Shown here one piece after another: positions 16,153 through 24,018 of a stretch of 32,000 nucleotides of DNA. Each line of letters opens with the position of its first letter. Position 1 is the stretch's first letter. The notes beneath the pieces are model-generated. The model was not told where the DNA came from. It worked only from the letters and a program-made list of their open reading frames with translations, and made no database searches. Made by a program: the position numbers and the translations under genes. Source of the stretch: Pseudodesulfovibrio mercurii (GTDB lineage Bacteria; Desulfobacterota; Desulfovibrionia; Desulfovibrionales; Desulfovibrionaceae); NCBI RefSeq assembly GCF_000189295.2, contig NC_016803.1, positions 1,470,001 to 1,502,000 of the forward strand, given 5' to 3'.

Positions 16153-16168
16153 TGCATAGGGCATGCCG
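16153..16168 (-). promoter_or_regulatory. Possible sigma54-type promoter for the hypothetical gene
   Basis: The minus strand reads CGGCATGCCCTATGCA. GG and GC have the canonical 12-nt offset, but the first base is C rather than T and the -12 box is ATGC rather than TTGC. It sits ~46 nt upstream of ATG 16107. Confidence 0.35.
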
Positions 16169-16198
16169 GAGGGGGCCAAATCAAAATATTTTTTTCAC

Positions 16199-16226
16199 TT
16201 GATTGATATTATTAGATAATTATACT
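16199..16226 (+). promoter_or_regulatory. Near-consensus sigma70 promoter pointing rightward
   Basis: -35 TTGATT (16199-16204), 16-nt spacer, -10 TATACT (16221-16226), inside the most AT-rich patch of the window. Confidence 0.5.
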
Positions 16227-16340
16227 TGCGTGATCTGTCGCAAATATCGTGTTGCCAGATATCCTTTTTGCTGGCGCGATATTGCCAAACCATTGCCATG
16301 GGCCTTGCGCATCCGAAACGGCGTATTCACGTCCGAAGCG

Positions 16341-16606
16341 CGGAAGGAAAGGGATGCCTGGGGGTGAGAGGGGGAACAGGCGGGAAAGGAGCCGTAAGGC
16401 TCAGAGGGGCGAAAGAAAAACCACAGGGAGTGGAAACGTGCAGACCGGGGGGGTGAGGGAAGGGAATAGGGAAGTAAATGGGAATGTGCAGGCCGAAAAG
16501 AAATGGACGGAGACAAGAACGGCAAGGGCAAAATGCCGACAAATGGGCGCGGGGCGGAACCATGGATGGGAATCGACGGAAGCGCCCACCGCTGCGTGGG
16601 AGCGCT
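16341..16606 (+). ncRNA. Purine-rich, GGA-repeat transcript candidate (a long 5' leader of the downstream gene or an independent sRNA)
   Basis: 18 GGA trinucleotides in 242 nt (16341-16582). About 80% purine on the + strand (12 pyrimidines counted in 16441-16500). An imperfect hairpin AGCGCCCAC/GTGGG(A)GCGCT at 16581-16606 is followed by TT. No credible ORF: the track ORF 16249..16674 is R/G/E/K low complexity. Confidence 0.3.
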
Positions 16607-16640
16607 TGAAAGGCTGGGCGGGCGCTGGTAGCCTGTCCCC

Positions 16641-17351
16641 ATGGACAGCGAAATACTCAAGCAGTACGCCGTGAGCGCGGGCGCCACCGTGGCCCGCATC
16701 GCGGACCTGGCGAGGCTGCGGGGGATCGAGACCATGCCCCCGGACCTCCTGGACGGATTCCGCTACGCGGTGTCCCTGGCCGTGGCCCTGAGCGATCCGA
16801 TCATCGAGACCATCACGGACCGGCCCACGCCCATCTACGCCGCGCACTATCAGCGGGTGAACGCGCTCCTGGACGAGGCGGCCCTGCGGGTTTCCCGCTA
16901 TGTCGAGGAGCTCGGCGGCCGGGCCATGCCCCTGCCCGCCAGCCAGGTGCTGGACGTGCGCAACAACATGTCCTTCCTGTCGCACAAGGCCGTGGCCGTG
17001 GCCGCGGGCATCGGCTGGCAGGGCAAGAGCCTGCTCACGGTCAGCCCGCAATACGGCCCGCGCATCCGCCTGGTCTCCATACTGGTGGACGCGGACCTGA
17101 CCCCGGACGAACCGCTCAAGAACCGCTGCGGGAGCTGCACCCGGTGCACGGACGCCTGCCCGGCCGGGGCCATCCGGAACGTGAACACGGAGTCCCACTA
17201 CGCGTCACGGGAGGAGGCCCTGCACTTCGAGCGCTGCGTGCACCACGTGCGCGAGGTCTGCGCCAAGATGGAGAACATCGGCACGTCCATCTGCGGCGTG
17301 TGCATCAAGGTCTGCCCCTGGGGCGCGAAGAAACGGGCTCCGGCGGCCTGA
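16641..17351 (+). CDS. 4Fe-4S dicluster protein, epoxyqueuosine-reductase (QueG)/reductive-dehalogenase-like family (236 aa)
   Basis: MDSEILKQYAVSAGATVARIADL..., GIGWQGKSLLTVSPQYGPRIRLVSILVDADL, and ferredoxin-type motifs CGSCTRCTDACPAGAI and CGVCIKVCPWG. No obvious RBS. Confidence 0.7.
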   Translation: MDSEILKQYAVSAGATVARIADLARLRGIETMPPDLLDGFRYAVSLAVALSDPIIETITDRPTPIYAAHYQRVNALLDEAALRVSRYVEELGGRAMPLPASQVLDVRNNMSFLSHKAVAVAAGIGWQGKSLLTVSPQYGPRIRLVSILVDADLTPDEPLKNRCGSCTRCTDACPAGAIRNVNTESHYASREEALHFERCVHHVREVCAKMENIGTSICGVCIKVCPWGAKKRAPAA

Positions 17352-17380
17352 CGAACCGCCCGAACGAAAGACGCTCCGGA

Positions 17381-17692
17381 TCAGTGGGCATCGCCCAGCA
17401 GGGCGACGCAGAGCTGGTCCACGCAGGAGGTGTTCTTCCTGCCGCAGGTGATGCCCTTGAGCTTGTCGATCACTTCCTCGACGGGCATGCCCTCCAGCAG
17501 GGCGGCAATGGCCTTGAGGTTGCCGTCGCACCCGCCGGTGAATTGCAGGCGGGTCAGGCAGCCGTCCTCGACCTTGTAGCGGATCAGCTTGGAACAGACG
17601 TTTTCGGGTTTGAAGACTTCACGGTCGTCAGCCTGGGCGGCGGCCATGCCGAAAGAAGAGAGCGGGGTGAGTTCGGAGAGATTGGCTTTCAT
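17381..17692 (-). CDS. TIGR03905-family TSCPD-domain protein (4-Cys)
   Basis: LQFTGGCDGNLKAIAALLEGMPVEEVIDKLKGITCGRKNTSCVDQLCVALL matches the F-GGC-GN...GI-CG-K-TSC-DQL pattern of this family. An alternative start exists at ATG 17647. Neither start has a strong RBS. Confidence 0.8.
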   Translation of the reverse strand: MKANLSELTPLSSFGMAAAQADDREVFKPENVCSKLIRYKVEDGCLTRLQFTGGCDGNLKAIAALLEGMPVEEVIDKLKGITCGRKNTSCVDQLCVALLGDAH

Positions 17693-18194
17693 GACGGAAG
17701 ATGCATGGGGTTGAGGTTGCGTTGACGGTTTTCGAGGCCGATTCCCGGTCCGGCGGATCTGCTGGCCAACCGTTTGCCGCCCTGCGGCGGTTGACGGTCC
17801 GGGACGAGGCCACCGGGACCCGGCGCGCCCGGCGTGCCGACGGAGGAGGCAACATACCCCCCGGAGGCATCCTGCGCAAGGACAAATCGCTCCCTTTTCC
17901 CACTCCCCGCCCCTTTGTATGCCACATAATTGTCAACCACAGTATCAATCCGATAACGCCCCCCTTTCTTCTTGAGCGAAGGCGCGAAAAGTCGCCATAT
18001 CAACGGGTTGAAACTTGGCCGCAGCCATTTGCCCCACCGCATGTTCTCAAAATGATACAAACGATGCCCCGCCAAAGGGTAACCCGACACGTCCCTTTCG
18101 GACCGTGGACGGACGGATCCGGGACCGGCTCCCGGCCCGGCCGAGGTCTGGTCGAACCGGGGCGAAAACGGCCGGAAGCAAGGCGGGTCAAGGG

Positions 18195-18219
18195 TTGCCG
18201 ATTTTTGCAATAACGGCAA
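18195..18219. promoter_or_regulatory. Inverted repeat TTGCCG-N13-CGGCAA, candidate activator site
   Basis: TTGCCG at 18195-18200 and CGGCAA at 18214-18219, centred ~90 bp upstream of the sigma54 -24 element at 18296. Confidence 0.3.
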
Positions 18220-18295
18220 AACAGAATGATGCATGCCATAATTGAATGATCGTTTTTTACATTTTGAAGAACTTAGACATCTAACTCCGTCGCGC

Positions 18296-18311
18296 TGGTA
18301 CGCATATTGCT
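18296..18311 (+). promoter_or_regulatory. Sigma54 -24/-12 promoter of the ABC-transporter/dihydropyrimidinase operon
   Basis: TGGTACGCATATTGCT against TGGCACG-N4-TTGCW, with one mismatch in the -24 box. It sits ~62 nt upstream of ATG 18373 and is preceded by AT-rich DNA (18225-18290). Confidence 0.7.
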
Positions 18312-18372
18312 CATGTTGTGCATATCAACAACGCACGTCTGCCATCCGAGCAGCGCCACACAAGGAGGACAT

Positions 18373-19446
18373 ATGCGCAGAAGGGAGTTCCTGAAATATT
18401 CGGCCATGGGCGCCATGGGCACCATGCTCGGCACGGTTCCGGGCCTGTCATGGGCCGCCGACAAAGCCGTGCACTGGCTGACCTGGGAAAACCTGGCCTA
18501 CGACAAGTACGTGGCCGACTTCACCAAATCCACCGGCATTTCCATTGAAAAGGGGTTCATCGGCTCCGATGACGAGCAGTTTGCCAAGATTCGCGCGGGC
18601 GGCGGGGCCGACTGGGACCTGATCACCCCCGGACTGGACAAGGTCGAGCTCTACGTGGCCGCCGACCTGCTCCAGCCCCTGGACCTCTCCAAGATCCCCA
18701 ACGCCGCCAAGCGGTACGCCCCGTTCATGAACACCCCGCTGGGCAAGAAGGACGGCCAGGTCTACGGCCTGCCCTTCTACTGGGGCATCAACCCCATCGT
18801 CTACCGCGCCGACCTCATGGACAAGGAGCCCGACTGGTCCACCCTGTTCGAGGGTGAGAAGTACAAGGGCCGCCTGGCCATGCGCGACTACGCCCTGGAG
18901 GCCATCGCCATCGCCGCCATGTACGTGGGCATCCCCCGCGAGCGCATCTTCAAGATGGACGACAAGGAGCTGGCCGAGTGCAAGAAGGCCTGCATCGCCC
19001 AGAAGAAGCTGCTGCGCACCTACTGGAACTCCATCGCCGACCTGACCAACCTGTTCGCCACCGGCGAGGTGGTCTGCGCCTTCTCCTGGGTCCCGCCCTA
19101 CTACGACCTGCGCGCCAAGGGCATCAACATGGGCATGGCCAAGCCCAAGGAAGGGGTCATCGGCTGGTGCGACACCTGCGCCATCCCCAAGGACGCCTCC
19201 CCCGAGGGAGCCGCCGCGGCCCACGAACTGATCAACTACGTCATCGGACCCGACTACGGCTACAAGCTCGCCCTGGACGGCCCCTACGCCATCTCCACCT
19301 CCACGGCCCGCGACAGGCTGACCCCCGAGGAGCAGGAGCGCATCTTCATCAAGGACATCGGCGTCATGGACAGCTTCGTCTGGAAGGAGAACCCGGCCGA
19401 CTACGGCAAGTGGGTGCGCATCTGGAACGAAGTCAAGGCCAGCTAG
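18373..19446 (+). CDS. Periplasmic substrate-binding protein of an ABC importer, PotD/PotF (polyamine-type) family, with a twin-arginine signal peptide
   Basis: Lies inside ORF 18307..19446. RBS AAGGAGG at 18362-18368, then ATG at 18373. MRRREFLKYSAMGAMGTMLGTVPGLSWAADK looks like a Tat signal. The mature part reads like the PotD family (WDLITPG, LQPLDLSKIPN, YWGINPIVYR). Confidence 0.8.
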   Translation: MRRREFLKYSAMGAMGTMLGTVPGLSWAADKAVHWLTWENLAYDKYVADFTKSTGISIEKGFIGSDDEQFAKIRAGGGADWDLITPGLDKVELYVAADLLQPLDLSKIPNAAKRYAPFMNTPLGKKDGQVYGLPFYWGINPIVYRADLMDKEPDWSTLFEGEKYKGRLAMRDYALEAIAIAAMYVGIPRERIFKMDDKELAECKKACIAQKKLLRTYWNSIADLTNLFATGEVVCAFSWVPPYYDLRAKGINMGMAKPKEGVIGWCDTCAIPKDASPEGAAAAHELINYVIGPDYGYKLALDGPYAISTSTARDRLTPEEQERIFIKDIGVMDSFVWKENPADYGKWVRIWNEVKAS

Positions 19447-19449
19447 TAC

Positions 19450-20570
<1,121 letters not shown>

Positions 20571-20574
<4 letters not shown>

Positions 20575-21458
20575 GCCTGAAGCGCATCGACCGCGTCCGG
20601 CAACTGACCCTGCTGGCCCTGACCGGGCCCAACGTCCTGTTCCTGGCCTTCTTTTGCGTGGCCCCCCTGGCCGTGCTCTTCAGCTACAGCTTTTTCCAGG
20701 TGGATTTCGTGGCCATCGTGCGCGATCCCACCCTGGCCAACTACGGCCGTGTCCTCGAAAGCTCGACCTACCGAGGCCTTGTGGTCAAGGCCCTGGTCTA
20801 CGGCATCGGCATCGCGGCCCTGTGCTCGGTCATCGCCTACCCCCTGGCCTTCTTCATCGCGAAAAAGGTCAAGGTCTACAAGGCCGCCCTGCTGACCCTG
20901 CTGCTCATCCCGCTGTACACCGGCGACCTGATCCGCATCTTCGCCTGGCGCGTGGTCCTCGGGGCCGAGGGCGTGCTCAACTCCCTGCTCATGTGGCTCG
21001 GGATCATCAAGGAGCCCATCTGGGTGCTCCTGTTCTCCCCCTTTTCCACGGTGGTGGTCCTGACCTACAACTACCTGCCCTTCATGGTCCTGCCCCTGTG
21101 GGCGGCCCTGGAGGCCATGGACAACTCCTATCTCGAAGCCGCCATGGACCTGGGCTGCCGCCACATGGCCACCTTCTTCAAGGTGGTCCTGCCCCTGACC
21201 GGCGCGGGACTCATCGCGGGCTTCATGATGGTCTTCGTCCTGGTGGTCGGCGACTACCTGACCCCGCAGCTCATCGGCGGGTCCTCGGGCGTGACCGTGA
21301 CCAGCGCCATCCACGACATGTTCGGCGCGGCCTTCGACTGGCCCACCGGCTCGGCGCTGGCCTGGGTGCTCCTGACCGCCATGGCCGCCTTCATCACGGC
21401 CACGGTCTATCTCTTCTACAAGTCCCCCTGGGGACGCGGCATCAGGGGGGCGAAATAA
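20571..21458 (+). CDS. ABC transporter permease, PotB-like (295 aa)
   Basis: ATG at 20571 overlaps the ATPase stop (ATGA). MSLKRIDRVRQLTLLALTGPNVLFLAFF... It has six hydrophobic segments and an EAA-type loop, YLEAAMDLGCRHMATFFKVVLPL. Confidence 0.88.
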
Positions 21459-22240
21459 TGCGCCTCTCCGGATGGGCCGCCCTGCGCGGCTACACCTTCG
21501 TGGTCTACGGTTTCGTCTATCTGCCGATCATGCTCATGGGCCTCTTTTCCCTGAACTCCTCGGACATGATCGCCTTCCCCCTGACCGGCTTCACCCTGGA
21601 CTGGTACAACCAGATCCTCCACGACGGCCGCATCTTCAAGGGACTCGTGACGACCATGGCCGTGGCCTTCCCGGTGACGATCATCACCACGGTGCTCGGC
21701 TCCATGGCCGCCCTGGTCCTGACCCGCCACAAGTTCAAGGGCAAGACCGCCTTCCTGGCCCTGCTCGTGCTGCCCTTCTTCGTGCCCAAGCTCATCTTCG
21801 CCATCGCCCAGGTGACCTTCCTCAACGACGTGGGCATCCCCAAGGGCCTCTACACCGTGTGGATCTCCCAGGCCATGATCATCCTGCCCTTCGTCACCGT
21901 GATCATCGCCTCGGTCCTGTTCCGCGTGGACAAGCGGCTGGAGGAGGCCGCCGGCGACCTCGGGGCCACTCCCTGGCAGACCTTCCGCCGGGTGACGCTC
22001 CCCCTGATGAAGAACGGCATCCTGGCCGGATCGTTCATCTCCTTCGTCCTGTCCAACGCCGAATACACCGTCTCCTACTTCACCAGCGGCCGGGCCCAGC
22101 CCCTGTCCGTACTGGTCGCCTCGGACTTCCGGTTCCACCTCTCCCCGAGCCTGAACGCCCTGGCCATGCTCATCGTCTTCTTCAACATCCTGGTCATCGT
22201 GATCAGCGAATGGTTCCGGCGGCGCTCCGTGCAGGCCTGA
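21458..22240 (+). CDS. ABC transporter permease, PotC-like (260 aa)
   Basis: ATG at 21458 shares one nt with the upstream TAA (TAATG). MRLSGWAALRGYTFVVYGFVYLPIMLM... EAA loop LEEAAGDLGATPWQTFRRVTLPLM. Confidence 0.88.
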   Translation: MRLSGWAALRGYTFVVYGFVYLPIMLMGLFSLNSSDMIAFPLTGFTLDWYNQILHDGRIFKGLVTTMAVAFPVTIITTVLGSMAALVLTRHKFKGKTAFLALLVLPFFVPKLIFAIAQVTFLNDVGIPKGLYTVWISQAMIILPFVTVIIASVLFRVDKRLEEAAGDLGATPWQTFRRVTLPLMKNGILAGSFISFVLSNAEYTVSYFTSGRAQPLSVLVASDFRFHLSPSLNALAMLIVFFNILVIVISEWFRRRSVQA

Positions 22241-22260
22241 CCGGACATCGAGGCAACACA

Positions 22261-23661
22261 ATGAAAATACTCATCAAAAACGGCCTGGTCGTGAACGCCG
22301 ACCGCTCGGAGCACGCGGACGTGCTCATCGACGGCCAAACCATCCGGGAAGTGGGCGCGGACCTGGCCGCGGGCCCGGACTTCCGCGTCATCGACGCCGG
22401 GGGCCTCATGGTCATCCCCGGCGGCATCGACCCGCACACCCACCTGGAGATGCCCACCCCGGTGACCCGCACCGCCGACGGCTACGACAACGGCGGCCGC
22501 GCGGCCCTGTCCGGCGGGACCACCACGGTCATCGACTTCGTCAACCCCAAGTACGGCCAGTCCTACCTCGAAGCCTACGACGTCTGGATGGAGCGGGCCG
22601 CCAAGGCCACCTGCAACTACTCCTTCCACGTCACGGTCTCCTGGTTCAACGACGAGGTCGCCCGGGAGATGCGCACCCTGGTGGAGGAACGCGGGGTCAA
22701 CTCCTTCAAGCACTTCACCACCTACAAGGGCTCCCTCATGCTCGAGCCCGAGCAGATGCTCGCCAGCTTCGCCCTGGCCCGCGAGCTGGGCGCGCTCTGC
22801 ACCGTGCACGCCGAAAACGACGAGATCATCACCTACATGCAGCGCAAGCTCCTGGAAAAGGGCATCACTCAGCCCAGGGGCCACGTCCTGTCCCGCCCGC
22901 CCATCGCCGAGGGCGAAGCCACCTACCGGGCCATCGCCCTGGCCAGAATCGCGGGCGCGCCCATCTACATCGTGCACATGAGCTGCGAGGACGCCCTGCA
23001 CGCGGTCGTCCGCGCCCAAGCCGCCGGGCAGGAGGTCTACGCCGAGTCCCTGTGCGGCCACCTGCTCCTGGACGAGTCCGTGTACTTCAACGATGACCCG
23101 GAAATCGCCGCCCGCTACGTCATGAGCCCGCCCTTCCGCTCCGCCGAACACCGCGAAGCGTTGTGGCAGGGGCTCGCCGACGGCCACATCCGGGTCATCG
23201 GCAGCGACAACTGCACCTTCACCCAGGCCCAGCGCAACCTGGGCCTCGACGACTTCACCAAGATTCCCAACGGCGCGCCCGGCCTCGAAGACCGCATGCG
23301 CATCGTCTTCAGCGAAGGCGTGGCCAAGGGCCGCCTCACCCCGGAACAGTTCGTCGCCGTGACCTCCACCAATGCCGCGAAAATCTTCAACATCCATCCG
23401 CGCAAGGGAGTCGTCGCGCCCGGCGCCGATGCCGACGTGGTCCTCTGGGACCCGAAAAAACAACACACCGTGTCGGTCAAGACCCACCGCCACGCCATCG
23501 ACTACAGCATCTTCGAAGGCATGACCTTCACCGGCTCGCCGACCCTGACCATCCTCAACGGCGACGTGGTCTTCGAAAACGACCTCGTCACCAGCAACCC
23601 CGGCCAGGGCCGATTCATCCCCCGCCCCCCGCGCCAACGCATCCCCCCCTGCCACAGCTGA
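22261..23661 (+). CDS. Dihydropyrimidinase / D-hydantoinase-type cyclic amidohydrolase (466 aa)
   Basis: MKILIKNGLVVNAD...VIPGGIDPHTHLEMP (HxH metal site). NSFKHFTTYKG gives the carboxylated-Lys context typical of hydantoinases. Also VHAEN, IYIVHMS and GSDNCTF. Confidence 0.9.
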   Translation: MKILIKNGLVVNADRSEHADVLIDGQTIREVGADLAAGPDFRVIDAGGLMVIPGGIDPHTHLEMPTPVTRTADGYDNGGRAALSGGTTTVIDFVNPKYGQSYLEAYDVWMERAAKATCNYSFHVTVSWFNDEVAREMRTLVEERGVNSFKHFTTYKGSLMLEPEQMLASFALARELGALCTVHAENDEIITYMQRKLLEKGITQPRGHVLSRPPIAEGEATYRAIALARIAGAPIYIVHMSCEDALHAVVRAQAAGQEVYAESLCGHLLLDESVYFNDDPEIAARYVMSPPFRSAEHREALWQGLADGHIRVIGSDNCTFTQAQRNLGLDDFTKIPNGAPGLEDRMRIVFSEGVAKGRLTPEQFVAVTSTNAAKIFNIHPRKGVVAPGADADVVLWDPKKQHTVSVKTHRHAIDYSIFEGMTFTGSPTLTILNGDVVFENDLVTSNPGQGRFIPRPPRQRIPPCHS

Positions 23662-23680
23662 CGCAGGCATGCCCGAAATG

Positions 23681-23723
23681 AAACGGCCGACGCGATCCTG
23701 GATCGCGTCGGCCGTTTCGTTTT
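23681..23723 (+). terminator. Rho-independent terminator of the ABC/dihydropyrimidinase operon
   Basis: AAACGGCCGACGCGATCC / GGATCGCGTCGGCCGTTT: arms of ~17-18 bp that nearly abut (23681-23717), followed by CGTTTT. It starts 20 nt after the stop at 23661. Confidence 0.8.
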
Positions 23724-23742
23724 GGAATGCCTCCGGCGGCCA

Positions 23743-23773
23743 GGGGGGAAACTTTTGGAAAAAGTTTCCCCCC
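23743..23773. repeat. 14-bp-arm palindrome GGGGGGAAACTTTT / AAAAGTTTCCCCCC
   Basis: Arms at 23743-23756 and 23760-23773. A third partly complementary segment, AAACTTTTT, lies about 20 nt downstream. Confidence 0.6.
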
Positions 23774-23916
23774 TGGACCCCCCTTCCAAACTTTTTGTGT
23801 GCCTTCGGCAAGGGCGTGCGGCCGCGGCAAGCCCCCTGTCTTTTCCTTTTGGAGCGATTCCGACAGCGGCTCTTTTACCGCGTTCGCACTAGGCTTTCGA
23901 GAGTGGGTCATCCGTG

Positions 23917-23988
23917 CATTTTCTCCTGGGGGGCTTTCATCCTCACGTAGACGGCTACGCTGCGGTGAAAGCCCCCCAGGAGAAAATG
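23917..23988. repeat. 23-bp perfect inverted repeat with a nested mini-hairpin; probable terminator of the minus-strand activator gene
   Basis: CATTTTCTCCTGGGGGGCTTTCA (23917-23939) pairs with TGAAAGCCCCCCAGGAGAAAATG (23966-23988). The 26-nt loop itself contains CGTAG-ACGG-CTACG (23946-23959). It lies 31 nt downstream of the stop at 24019. Confidence 0.6.
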
Positions 23989-24018
23989 TGCGGATGGCCC
24001 GCTATCGGAAGCCGCCCC

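Noticed and set aside
16249-16674. 141-aa ORF across the purine-rich tract
   Set aside because: Its translation is an R/G/E/K/N low-complexity product of the GGA/GAA-rich DNA, and it overlaps the start of the 4Fe-4S gene out of frame. The region is treated as non-coding.
17752-17767. B12-box-like sequence (minus strand GGCCAGCAGATCCGCC) in the leader of the TSCPD gene, suggesting a cobalamin riboswitch
   Set aside because: Only about 12 of 15 positions match the B12-box consensus GCCAGGAGACCTGCC. I could not find the other conserved cobalamin-riboswitch elements (GGTG..AATCC, CCGCCACTG) in the correct order. An Rfam scan would settle it.
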